From contig WRAC01000002.1 in assembly GCA_009780415.1 (NCBI GenBank), forward strand, positions 8,895 through 72,894: DNA of 64,000 bases, read 5' to 3'. The stretch is from Defluviitaleaceae bacterium (lineage in GTDB: Bacteria > Bacillota > Clostridia > Lachnospirales > WRAX01). Both the position numbers and the translations under genes were made by a program. Within the stretch, counting starts at the first letter, position 1, and the number at the start of each line of letters is the position of its first letter. The notes beneath the pieces are model-generated. The model did no database searches. It had not been told where the DNA came from and saw only the letters and a program-made list of their open reading frames with translations. Below are positions 18,078-27,644 of this stretch, piece after piece.

Positions 18078-19700
18078 ATGGATAGAAAAGGCAGGCGAGG
18101 GGTTGGGGGCGGCTCCGGGTATAACGCGGACGACCCAAAGGGTTATACAACGCGGTATGTCACCCCGTCCGCGGATACGGGACGTAAAACCACAAGCCGT
18201 AAAACCGGCGGGCGCCTTGACCTCCGCTATCCTCCCGAACCGCCGCCAAGGCCGGAATCAAGACCGTCAACAGGAAGACGTTACGGCACGGCATACGGTA
18301 CGGCCGCAAAACCCGACGCGCCCCACCCGCGTCCAAAACCTTCGGCGCCTTCCCCTAGATATGCGCCTAAACCCCAAAAAAAATCACGCTACGGAATATT
18401 ATACGCCGCGATTATTTTTACCGGCGTTGTAGTCTGTATCTCCGCTTTTACGCTGATTTTCGGGAACCTGGCGCAGAACACCTCCGCTTCCGGCCCTTCC
18501 CCCACTCCGCGCGCTTCCGCCGTGAACGCCGGCGTTCCCGAAAGCAGGCGCGAGGTGCGGGACACCTGCCTGATACAGGCCATTGACCCCGGCACGCGGC
18601 AATTCACATTGTACTCGATAGGCACGGGGCGAACATATTACGCGGTGACGGCGGGCAGTACCGATATGAAGGACAGCTTCGGCAACAATTTGGTATTCGC
18701 AGAGTTCAGGCCCGGCGATGTTGTTGACGTTGTTTATAACGAAAACGACCCCGTCCTGACCTCTATCCGGTTAAGCCCAAACGCCCTGACATTCACCAAT
18801 CAGGACGGCCTTATTGTAGACACAACCGACCCCTTGCTGGGCCGGATTACACGCGGCAACACCACATACGTCTTCGGGCAGGAGCTGATAAGCCTCTACA
18901 AGGGCGAACCCTACGACATCTCGCAGCTTTCGCCGGCGGATGTGGTCACAATGCGTGTTTACAGGCATGTCTGCGTTTTTATTGAGATAACCTCGGGAAC
19001 CGGTATTATTGACGTACGGTTTAACGATCATATCCGGGGCGGCAACATCGCCATCGGCACAAATATATATTCCCGCCTTGATCAGGATGCCCAGTTCAAC
19101 GTTTCCGAGGGCATCCACCGCGTTATCATAAAAGGTGAAAATATCGAAGACATCATGCGCGACGTAATGGTACGGCATGAGGAAACCTCAGTTATCGACC
19201 TTAGCGACGCACAGTTCAGGCGCGGCGTAATCTATTTTTCAACGAATATAGATTCACCCGTTTACCTCACCGTAAACGACCACGCCGTTGATATGGACAC
19301 TCCGCTGACCCTGGAATACGGCACGTACGCCATACGCGGCACGGCTATGGGCTATTTGGCGCATGAGCAGACCTTTGAGCTGCGCGACCCGCTTGTGAAC
19401 TATACGGTGCTGATGAACCCCTTGCCGACTCCGACGCCCAGACCCGAGCGCGTGCAGACCCTAAGGCTAAGCATCACCACAAACGTAGGCGGGGTGGAGG
19501 TTTACGTGGACGGCGATTACGTCGGCATGACGCCCGAGGGCTGGAACGTGACGACGCACACGCTGACCTTTGACTGCGAAGTGGGCAACCGCGTAATAAC
19601 CCTATCCAAGACCGGATACGCGACAATCGAATCAGCCATATACCTTATCCCCGGGCAGTGGTCTCACGATATTTCCTACCATATGCACCCGGAACCATAA
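18078..19700 (+). CDS. PEGA-domain membrane protein with a Pro/Arg-rich cytoplasmic N-terminus
   Basis: ATG at 18078 follows GGAGTGG. Low-complexity basic/proline N-terminus, one TM helix (ILYAAIIFTGVVVCISAFTLIF), and a C-terminal PEGA-like segment (VEVYVDGDYVGMTP...TLSKTGYATIE). Confidence 0.6.
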   Translation: MDRKGRRGVGGGSGYNADDPKGYTTRYVTPSADTGRKTTSRKTGGRLDLRYPPEPPPRPESRPSTGRRYGTAYGTAAKPDAPHPRPKPSAPSPRYAPKPQKKSRYGILYAAIIFTGVVVCISAFTLIFGNLAQNTSASGPSPTPRASAVNAGVPESRREVRDTCLIQAIDPGTRQFTLYSIGTGRTYYAVTAGSTDMKDSFGNNLVFAEFRPGDVVDVVYNENDPVLTSIRLSPNALTFTNQDGLIVDTTDPLLGRITRGNTTYVFGQELISLYKGEPYDISQLSPADVVTMRVYRHVCVFIEITSGTGIIDVRFNDHIRGGNIAIGTNIYSRLDQDAQFNVSEGIHRVIIKGENIEDIMRDVMVRHEETSVIDLSDAQFRRGVIYFSTNIDSPVYLTVNDHAVDMDTPLTLEYGTYAIRGTAMGYLAHEQTFELRDPLVNYTVLMNPLPTPTPRPERVQTLRLSITTNVGGVEVYVDGDYVGMTPEGWNVTTHTLTFDCEVGNRVITLSKTGYATIESAIYLIPGQWSHDISYHMHPEP

Positions 19701-19744
19701 TAAACTTTATATAAAGGAAATATAAAACGAAAGGAGCATTGTAT

Positions 19745-20506
19745 ATGACTATCTTTTCACAGAAACGGCCAAAGTATGGGGAAGACCCGAATTTCACCCC
19801 CAATACGATAATTGGCGAGGGCGTGACGATCCGCGGCGGTATTATAAAGGGCGCTAATTCCGTTATGGTCAGCGGGCTGGTGTTCGGCGACATTAACGTT
19901 GACGGCGAGGTCATCGTTACCGAGACGGGTTATGTCAAGGGCGACATCGTCAGCACATTCGCGGTTATCGCGGGTATTGTCGAAGGGAATATACAGCTTA
20001 CGTCATACGCAAGTTTGAAATCGTCGGCGAGTGTTACGGGCGACATTTGCTGCACGGCTATAAACATTGAGGACGGCGCGGTGTTTACAGGCTCGTGCAA
20101 CATGATCGTCAAAAGCGGGTCACTTGCAAAGAAACTAAGGCGCATAAACGAACAGGCCGCGGCAATGGAAGCGTGGGAGCCGCCGCGTAGCTCTGCCCCG
20201 GTTGAAGAAGAGGATTTTGAGCCGGAAGCCGATGATGAGCCCACGGAAATTGAAACGCCTTTTGAACCGGCATTCGAGCCGGAGTTCGATCTTGTCTTTG
20301 ATCCCGCAGAGGCCGATGAGGCAGAGGAAACGGAAGCGTTGGAGTTGGAACCGGAGCTTGAGGCCGCGGATGAAGAGCCGGAGTGGATGGGCATGGAAGA
20401 CGAGCTTCCACTGGAAGCCGAAGCCGGCTCAGAACATATTGAACCGGATACGGAAACTGAGTTTGCGGCGCTGCTAAAGGCTGATGAAGAGGACGGGGAT
20501 TTATAA
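19745..20506 (+). CDS. Bactofilin-family cytoskeletal protein with a long acidic C-terminal tail
   Basis: Repetitive beta-helix segment IIGEGVTIRGGIIKGANSVMVSGLVFGDINVDGEVIVTETGYVKGDIV...(DUF583), then an E/D/P/A-rich tail. AAGGAG precedes the ATG at 19745. Confidence 0.8.
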   Translation: MTIFSQKRPKYGEDPNFTPNTIIGEGVTIRGGIIKGANSVMVSGLVFGDINVDGEVIVTETGYVKGDIVSTFAVIAGIVEGNIQLTSYASLKSSASVTGDICCTAINIEDGAVFTGSCNMIVKSGSLAKKLRRINEQAAAMEAWEPPRSSAPVEEEDFEPEADDEPTEIETPFEPAFEPEFDLVFDPAEADEAEETEALELEPELEAADEEPEWMGMEDELPLEAEAGSEHIEPDTETEFAALLKADEEDGDL

Positions 20507-20530
20507 GGGCGAATTGCGTTCACATGATGC

Positions 20531-20555
20531 GGGGGCAGACATAAGGTCTGCCCCC
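20531..20555 (+). terminator. Rho-independent terminator after the bactofilin gene
   Basis: gggggcagac-ataa-ggtctgccccc followed by tttc. Confidence 0.75.
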
Positions 20556-20614
20556 TTTCAATTATTCCGCCTACTGTCAGATGTTTATAAAATGAAGCAA
20601 GCACATCCCTTATA

Positions 20615-20720
20615 CCAAGTTGCAATCAAAGCAACACTTACTCCGGGCGGATGAGCCGGCCTGAGCGTGAGTGTGCTGGATCATCCGCCCGGAGTTAGTG
20701 TGATTTAGATTGCAGCTTGG
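20615..20720 (-). repeat. Nested-hairpin repeat, copy 3 (full length, inverted relative to copy 4)
   Basis: It is the reverse complement of 29015-29120 with a handful of substitutions. It lies between convergent genes. Confidence 0.9.
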
Positions 20721-20793
20721 TGTTTATAAGCGGAATAAGCACCCTGCCCGTTCCGACTTATTCATTGAACAATTAATTCGTCTTCCATAAAAA

Positions 20794-20818
20794 GAGGCTG
20801 CCGCAAAGCGACAGCCCC
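20794..20818 (-). terminator. Terminator of the RCC1/SLH gene
   Basis: On the minus strand: ggggctgtcgc-tttg-cggcagcctc followed by ttttta. Confidence 0.65.
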
Positions 20819-20830
20819 TTCTGTGTTTAT

Positions 20831-23722
20831 TTAATAGATTCTCTTATACAAATTGCCGATAATAACGGCGGCTTCGCCCCTCGTCATTTCGTAGCCGGGC
20901 ATGAACAAAGCGGCGTTTATGTCGGTAAATAACTGGGCGCTAGCCATTACGGCGATGGGAGGGAACGCCCATTCCGCGATATCTCCGAAATCCTGGTATC
21001 TGGAAAGGAAGGATGCGCCGTCTACAGGGAAGTAATCCTTGTTTATTGTAAGGACGCGTCCGGCAATGGCGATGAGCTGCACTTTCGGTATGGGCATCAT
21101 GGGCAGGAACAGAATTTCATCATCAACCGCCGAACCGGTGATATAACCCCTTGTCCTTGACATACCCGCAAATGGCGCGTACCATATGCCCGGGTCAACG
21201 TCCGGGAACCCGCCGTTATCATGTGATAGGTCAGCTTCGGACAGGGCCATGAGCAGCATTGTGGCAAACTCGACGCGGTTTATTGGCGAAAGCGGGTCGA
21301 AGATGGTGCCGGCGCTGTCGCGTCCCCCGAGGCGGCCCTTGTTCCTGAGGTATTGAATAATATCCTGTTGGGCCGCGGTGAGCGTGTAGATGTCAACGAA
21401 ACCGTGGTCTACACGGGCCGCCGTCATGGTTACCGTGCTGTCGATCATCGTCTCCAGCCTGTTTGTGTTGGGGTTGACCATACCGCCGATGTTCGCGTTA
21501 TCGCCGTTGAAGACGGTCTGGTTGGCGTCCGCCACGCCGTGCACCGCCGGTACGCCCGCGCGGAACTTGGAATTGTTGTTTATCCCGCTTACATTAAACC
21601 TAACACCCGCGTGCAGCCCGGTATGATCGGGGTTGGCGTTCGCGGCGGCTGCCGCAACGGATTCCGCCGAGACGCTTATTATGAAGTTATCAAAGACCTG
21701 CCTGACGTCAACGATTACGTCAATCTCGCCTACAGAGACTACAACACGGTCAATATCAGTATTCTTCATGCTTTGGTCAACATGGATATCCACGGCTTCG
21801 GCGGGCATGTTAATGCGCAGGGCATGATCAACTTTACGGTCAGGCCTTACGCCGTTGTCGCGGATAATGTTAAGTGCTCTACCGGCAAGGTTTCTTGCGG
21901 CTCCCTCGAACTGGAAAAGGAAGTCACCGTTCAGGTTTACGCGGTTGGCGTCGTGATTTACTTCCAGCGCCTTCATCACGGCATGTTCCGCGAAGCGCAC
22001 CACGGCGTCCGCATTGCCGCGGTTGGCCTTCTGGTCCGGCGACATGCCCTGAACGACCTCCCTGACAGCCGCAAGAGCCTCATCATCGTTCGTAATATCA
22101 TCTAGGAGTGAGTAGTCAATAGCGTAAAACGCCGGGTTGTTCACGTCACCAAACGTTATATTATAGCCGGGGTCAGTTACGGTTTCCGCAGGCTCATCCG
22201 CAGCGAAATCCACCTCCGCTCCAGGTATCGCGGCGGATTCCATAACTCTTGCAGGCGTACGCTGATCGTTCCTGTTGCCGGTGCCAAGCTGCCCGAACTC
22301 GTTATTACCCCATGCAAACAGCTCGCCAGACGCATTCAAGGCGAAGGTATGCGTCGCCATGGGCCATACGTACACCGCGTCGGGCAGAATACGCGTGGGG
22401 CTGGTTTTATCGGAGCTGGAGCCGTCGCCGATGCTTGCATGGCTGTTTTCGCCCCAAAGGTATAACGCGCCCCGCGCAATAGCCGCGCTCTGGCTGCTTA
22501 CTGCCCAAACCTCGTCCACTTCGGCAAAGCCTTGCAATCTCGCCACAAAATCTACGCTGTAATCGTCGTGGGAACCGTCGCCAAGCTGCCCGCGCGTACC
22601 CGATCCCCAAGTATACATATTATTGTGGTAGTCCACGGCAAGGCTGTGATCTTTACCCGCCGCCATGGTTTTAATGCCTTGGGCTATGCGAACCGGCGAA
22701 AGAACGTGCGTATCATCGTCCATATCCACCCCAGCCTGACCGTATCCGTTATAACCCCAGGCAAACAGATCCGCGTTGCCGTTAAGCGCCAGCACATGCC
22801 TTTCGCCAAGCTCGACCATAACGATATTACCCATTATCCTTTCGGGCGCAAGACGGTCATTAATTACGGCAAGTACAGTAACCGTGCCGGGAGATTCCGG
22901 TGTCGGTTCCGGATCCGGCGCAGCTTCCGGCGGATCATCTTCGCCGTCCTCGTCATCCCCGTCGTCCCCGTCGTCCTCATCGTCTTCATCATCTTCGTCG
23001 TCCTCGTCATCGGTTTCGGTCAATACCCTGGGAAGCTGCGCTATCGCCGCCGTGGCTTCATACTCCGGCGTGGTGATCCTGCCGTCGCCGAGCATACCGT
23101 CAATATTGCTGCCCCATGTCCAAAGCCCGCCGTCATCGCGTATAACGGCCATTATCGCGCCGTTTGTCGTTACATACGCAACTTCGGTAAATACCTGCCT
23201 GGGCAAGCGGATATATTCATCCCTGCTGTTTGCAAGCCAATACGGGCCAGCTTCATTTTCATATTCGTTCAGACCCCAGAAAAACAGGATTCCGTCTTTC
23301 TTTACGGCGTATGAGAAATCTCCGAATGCGCTCGCGTGGGCAACATCTTCCATGATTGCAATCGGCGCAAGCCCTGTGTTTGATTGGTTTCCGATGCCAA
23401 GCTGCCCTGCCCTGTTGTCACCCCAGGCCCACAAGGTATTGTCCGCCGTAATAGCCAGCACATGGCTCTTGCCCGCCGAGACGTGGATTACGTCTTCCAA
23501 AACCTGTACGGGCGAGTTCCGTGACACATTGGTGCCGTCGCCAAGCTGCCCGTACTGGTTTTCGCCCCAAGCCCACAGCACGCCGTCAGCGTCAATGGCA
23601 AGCGTAAAGTTCCGCGCCGCGCCAACCGTGTTGCCGAAGCTTGTCCCTGCATGTGCCGCAACGCCCAGCGAAAGCGCCAAAACCAGCGCAATAACAATGG
23701 CAACGATAGATTTGATTCTCAT
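20831..23722 (-). CDS. Secreted RCC1-repeat protein with a poly-acidic insert and C-terminal SLH domains
   Basis: Signal peptide MRIKSIVAIVIALVLALSLGVAAHA (AGGAGG RBS). Repeated WAWGxNxxGQLGDG blades. An internal DDEDDEDDEDDEDDGDDGDDEDGEDD run. C-terminal SLH-like repeats (INRVEFATMLL.., FPDV..WYAPF.., EMTRGEAAVIIGNLY). Confidence 0.8.
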   Translation of the reverse strand: MRIKSIVAIVIALVLALSLGVAAHAGTSFGNTVGAARNFTLAIDADGVLWAWGENQYGQLGDGTNVSRNSPVQVLEDVIHVSAGKSHVLAITADNTLWAWGDNRAGQLGIGNQSNTGLAPIAIMEDVAHASAFGDFSYAVKKDGILFFWGLNEYENEAGPYWLANSRDEYIRLPRQVFTEVAYVTTNGAIMAVIRDDGGLWTWGSNIDGMLGDGRITTPEYEATAAIAQLPRVLTETDDEDDEDDEDDEDDGDDGDDEDGEDDPPEAAPDPEPTPESPGTVTVLAVINDRLAPERIMGNIVMVELGERHVLALNGNADLFAWGYNGYGQAGVDMDDDTHVLSPVRIAQGIKTMAAGKDHSLAVDYHNNMYTWGSGTRGQLGDGSHDDYSVDFVARLQGFAEVDEVWAVSSQSAAIARGALYLWGENSHASIGDGSSSDKTSPTRILPDAVYVWPMATHTFALNASGELFAWGNNEFGQLGTGNRNDQRTPARVMESAAIPGAEVDFAADEPAETVTDPGYNITFGDVNNPAFYAIDYSLLDDITNDDEALAAVREVVQGMSPDQKANRGNADAVVRFAEHAVMKALEVNHDANRVNLNGDFLFQFEGAARNLAGRALNIIRDNGVRPDRKVDHALRINMPAEAVDIHVDQSMKNTDIDRVVVSVGEIDVIVDVRQVFDNFIISVSAESVAAAAANANPDHTGLHAGVRFNVSGINNNSKFRAGVPAVHGVADANQTVFNGDNANIGGMVNPNTNRLETMIDSTVTMTAARVDHGFVDIYTLTAAQQDIIQYLRNKGRLGGRDSAGTIFDPLSPINRVEFATMLLMALSEADLSHDNGGFPDVDPGIWYAPFAGMSRTRGYITGSAVDDEILFLPMMPIPKVQLIAIAGRVLTINKDYFPVDGASFLSRYQDFGDIAEWAFPPIAVMASAQLFTDINAALFMPGYEMTRGEAAVIIGNLYKRIY

Positions 23723-23855
23723 AATACTTCCTCCTCTATTTAGAAACATTTTCCATATTCCATATAAATTATATGGGTTTTATACTATTAGGTCAAGTCC
23801 TTTATTGTATTATGTGGTATAATGGAACTAATTATTTCTGCAAGGAGTGACGGAT

Positions 23856-24476
23856 TTGAAAATATTGATAACAGGCTTCCAACCCTTTGGAGGCGAAACG
23901 GTAAACCCGTCTTATGAGGCGGTTAGGCTTCTTCCAGACAAAATAGGCGGAGCGGAAATCGTTAAGGAAGAACTGCCCGTGGTGTTTGGCAAAAGCGGTG
24001 ATGCCCTTGAGGAAGCGATAGAGCGCCACAAACCCGACGCCGTATTATGTGTGGGCCAAGCCGGCGGCAGATCAAGCGTTACTATTGAGAAAGTCGCCAT
24101 AAACCTGGACGAAGCCCGCATTGCCGACAACGCGGGGCAAAAACCCGAGGATATGCCCATCCGCAGGGACGGACCCGACGCTTACTTTGCAAGGCTGCCC
24201 GTAAAGGATATTGTTAAGAACATCCGCGGCAACGGCATCCCCGCAAATATTTCATATACCGCCGGCACTTATGTGTGCAATCACGTTATGTACCGTCTGC
24301 TGTATTTCATAGAACGGAAGTATCCGCATATGCAGGGCGGTTTTATCCACGTCCCCTATGATACCGCTCAGGTTTTGGAAAAGCCCGACGGCACGGCAAG
24401 CATGCCCGTGGCAATGATTGCCAAAGCGCTCGAATGCGCCGCAGCGGTTATATCAACCCCGTCATTGCGGGCTTGA
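23856..24476 (+). CDS. pcp: Pyroglutamyl-peptidase I
   Basis: KILITGFQPFGGETVNPS..., GQAGGR, and AGTYVCNHVMY (catalytic Cys context). The likely TTG start at 23856 is 8 nt after AGGAG; the track start is GTG 23847. Confidence 0.9.
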   Translation: MKILITGFQPFGGETVNPSYEAVRLLPDKIGGAEIVKEELPVVFGKSGDALEEAIERHKPDAVLCVGQAGGRSSVTIEKVAINLDEARIADNAGQKPEDMPIRRDGPDAYFARLPVKDIVKNIRGNGIPANISYTAGTYVCNHVMYRLLYFIERKYPHMQGGFIHVPYDTAQVLEKPDGTASMPVAMIAKALECAAAVISTPSLRA

Positions 24477-24524
24477 CCCGTAATCTCCCTAACATTATAA
24501 TGGAACTGCATAGGAGGTTGGATT

Positions 24525-27500
24525 ATGTTTTTAACGCTTGAGAAACTGGAAGCAAGAACAAGGCAGCTTGAGAGGTTCCGCTTTATTGAGATGGAGCCGG
24601 TAACGCCGATGATTTCCATGGAGGAGAACGGTGACCTCGATGGCATTAACGTTATTATACCGGAGCGGATTTCCGGGCCGGCCTTAAATCTGGACGATGA
24701 GTTTGCGGGCAGGGACAGGTATCTATGGGTACATAAAAAGCTGTGCCTGCCCAAAAAACGCGAGGGCTGCGAAGTTGCCGGGCTGTTTGATTTCGGGGAT
24801 ACCGGAGGCGGTCATAACAGCGGCTTTGAGTCGCTGCTGTATGTAAACGGGGAGCCGTATCAGGGCGTCGATACAAATCATATGGACGTTATATTTGAAG
24901 CTTTGGCCGGGCAGGAAGCTGAACTGGTATTTTTACTTTGGACGGGTCTTGAGGGCGGCGGGCCGCGGCGCGCATTCCGGCACCGGATAAAGCAAGCTCA
25001 CATTGGGTATCTGCACAAAGCTACCGATGAATTTTATTATTTCTCAAAGGCTGTATATAAAACCTTAAAGCTTCTTCCGGACACCAGCGCGGAAAAGCAT
25101 GAGCTTACCGCCGCTCTTGATGCCGCCTACGGGCTTATAAATTGGGACGGGGATAAATTTCATTCCACGGTAGACGCGGCGCTGGCCTTGCTTCTGGAGC
25201 GCATTGACGGGATAGAGAAAAAAACGGCGGTTACCGTGGGCGTCGTCGGGCATACGCATATTGACGTGGCCTGGCTGTGGCGGCTGAAGCACACCCGGGA
25301 AAAGTCCGTGCGCTCATTCTCAACCGTGCTGCGGCTGATGGAGGAGTTCGACGAGTATATCTTCCTGCAAACCCAGCCGCAATTGTATAAGTACATTAAA
25401 AACGACTGCCCCGCTTTATATGAAAGAATCAAAGAGCGCATTAATGAAGGCAAATGGGAAGCTGACGGCGGCATGTGGGTTGAGGCCGATTGCAACATCT
25501 CGTCGGGCGAGGCCCTGGTGCGTCAGCTTATTCACGGAATCGGTTACTTTCGCGACGAATTCGGCGTTAAATGCGAGTTCCTCTGGCTGCCCGATGTGTT
25601 CGGATATAGCTGGGCGCTTCCGCAGATCTTGACGCAAGCCGGCATAAAGACCTTTATGACCACAAAAATAAGCTGGAACCAATATAATACAATCCCAAAC
25701 GACCTCTTCAAATGGCGCGGCATCGACGGAACCGAGATTCTGACTTATTTCATAAACACGCCCGAGGTTGGGCATTCGATTGATTCGCGTTTTTCTACAT
25801 ATAATGGAATGCTCTCCCCGCGCAGCATACTGGGAAGCTGGCATAAATTTAAGGATAAAGCCCTTTCGCCGGAGACGCTGGTCAGTTACGGTTACGGCGA
25901 CGGCGGCGGCGGTGTTAACCGGAACATGCTCAAAATGCGCCGGGCGATGGACCGCTTGCCCGGCCTGCCGAACGTGAAGCCCACCACGGCGCGCGAGTTC
26001 TTCCGGCGTATCCGCGAACGCGTAGATAACACGGAGCGGTATGTCCACACCTGGGACGGCGAGCTTTATCTGGAGTATCACCGCGGCACATATACGTCTC
26101 AGGCGCATAATAAAAAAATGAACCGTTTGCTGGAGAATGAAATAGCCCGGGCGGAGTGGCTTTGCAGTATGCGTTACCTTCTTGACGGCGTTTATCCCGC
26201 GCAGGAATTAAGTGATGCATGGGAGACAGTTTTGACGCACCAGTTCCACGATATTATCCCGGGTTCGTCAATACGCGAGGTGTACGAGGATTCGGACAAG
26301 GCGTACGCGGAGACAAGGGATAATGTTACAACACTTGCCATTAACGCTCTTGACTGCCTGATAAATAAGGATGCCGCGTCATTTACCCTTTACCATTCCG
26401 GCAGCTTTGAGCGCAGCGATTTGGTTCTGCTGCCGGTGAAATCCGACGGAAGATTTTACGATGAAAACGGCGCGGAACTGCCCGCGCAAAAAACCGAGGA
26501 CGGCTGGCTTGTAAATATTCCCATGCCCGCGCTTGGCATCAGGACAATTGAATTTTTGCCGGGAAACAACCCTTATGAATTAAAGGCAATGCCTTTCGCG
26601 GCGGATATGGCAAACCGCAGGCTGGAAACATGCTTCTATTCGATTGAATGGAATGAATGCGGGCATCTTGTTTCCTTGTACGATAAGCAAAACAGTCGCC
26701 AGGTGCTGTCCGGCGCGGGTAATGTGCTTGAGGTTTATGAGGACAAGCCGCTTAATTTTGATTGCTGGGATATTGATATTTACTATACGCAAAAACGCGA
26801 GGTTATGCGCCTGGAAGGCGCGCCGGAGCTTGTTGAGAACGGCCCGGAGCGCGCGGTTATCCGCTTCCGGTATGTTTATAACCGCTCAGGCGTAACGCAG
26901 GATATTATTGTTTACAGGGGCAGCGCGAGGATTGACTTTGAGACTTGTGTTGATTGGCATGAATCCGACCGTCTGCTTAAAGCCGCGTTCCCCGTAGATA
27001 TCCGCGCCACGAAGGCCACGTATGACATCCAGTTCGGGCATGTGGAGAGGCCAACGCATTTTAATACAAGCTGGGACTGGGCGCGGTTTGAGGTTGTGGG
27101 GCATAAATGGGCCGATTTATCCGAAACGGATTATGGCGTCAGCTTGCTTAACGATTGCAAATACGGCTACAGCATTAAAGACGGCGTTATGCGCCTGACG
27201 CTGCTCAAAAGCAGCAAATACCCGGACACGGAAGCGGATATGGGTAAACATGCCTTCTCGTACGCGTTATTGCCCCATGCCGGTTTTGCCGGGAAGACAA
27301 CGATTGAGGAGGGCGTTAAATTCAACCTGCCCGTATCCGTGGTATCCGGCGCGTTAAAGGAACCCGGCAGGCGAATCGTAAAGGTCAATTCCCAAGCTGT
27401 TAACATTGACGCGATTAAGAAATCGGATAGGGAGGACTGCATTGTACTGCGCGTTCATGAATGCTTCGGAGCGCAGGCCAAGATTGAAATAACCTCCGAT

Positions 27501-27632
27501 TTCCCATTGAAGGCTTACGCCGTGTGTAATCTGCTGGAGGATAGCTTGGAGGAAGCCGCGCAGGGGAATATTATCAAAATCACAATGAAGCCGTTTGAAA
27601 TCAGGACTTATAAATTATGGTTCCAGAAGTGA
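24525..27632 (+). CDS. GH38 alpha-mannosidase
   Basis: VGHTHIDVAWLW, WLPDVFGYS and EYHRGTYTSQ, the hallmark GH38 catalytic-domain motifs. Length is 1035 aa. Confidence 0.9.
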   Translation: MFLTLEKLEARTRQLERFRFIEMEPVTPMISMEENGDLDGINVIIPERISGPALNLDDEFAGRDRYLWVHKKLCLPKKREGCEVAGLFDFGDTGGGHNSGFESLLYVNGEPYQGVDTNHMDVIFEALAGQEAELVFLLWTGLEGGGPRRAFRHRIKQAHIGYLHKATDEFYYFSKAVYKTLKLLPDTSAEKHELTAALDAAYGLINWDGDKFHSTVDAALALLLERIDGIEKKTAVTVGVVGHTHIDVAWLWRLKHTREKSVRSFSTVLRLMEEFDEYIFLQTQPQLYKYIKNDCPALYERIKERINEGKWEADGGMWVEADCNISSGEALVRQLIHGIGYFRDEFGVKCEFLWLPDVFGYSWALPQILTQAGIKTFMTTKISWNQYNTIPNDLFKWRGIDGTEILTYFINTPEVGHSIDSRFSTYNGMLSPRSILGSWHKFKDKALSPETLVSYGYGDGGGGVNRNMLKMRRAMDRLPGLPNVKPTTAREFFRRIRERVDNTERYVHTWDGELYLEYHRGTYTSQAHNKKMNRLLENEIARAEWLCSMRYLLDGVYPAQELSDAWETVLTHQFHDIIPGSSIREVYEDSDKAYAETRDNVTTLAINALDCLINKDAASFTLYHSGSFERSDLVLLPVKSDGRFYDENGAELPAQKTEDGWLVNIPMPALGIRTIEFLPGNNPYELKAMPFAADMANRRLETCFYSIEWNECGHLVSLYDKQNSRQVLSGAGNVLEVYEDKPLNFDCWDIDIYYTQKREVMRLEGAPELVENGPERAVIRFRYVYNRSGVTQDIIVYRGSARIDFETCVDWHESDRLLKAAFPVDIRATKATYDIQFGHVERPTHFNTSWDWARFEVVGHKWADLSETDYGVSLLNDCKYGYSIKDGVMRLTLLKSSKYPDTEADMGKHAFSYALLPHAGFAGKTTIEEGVKFNLPVSVVSGALKEPGRRIVKVNSQAVNIDAIKKSDREDCIVLRVHECFGAQAKIEITSDFPLKAYAVCNLLEDSLEEAAQGNIIKITMKPFEIRTYKLWFQK

Positions 27633-27644
27633 GGTGAACGCCGC

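Noticed and set aside
19930-20625. 231-aa minus-strand ORF, and similar long antisense ORFs at 22776-23822, 25416-26108, 35142-36080, 48042-49169, 49170-49919 and 49965-50675
   Set aside because: All lie fully inside well-supported genes on the other strand. They have low-complexity Ser/Pro/Ala/Arg-rich translations and lack an RBS. They are mirror-frame artefacts of repetitive or GC-rich coding DNA.
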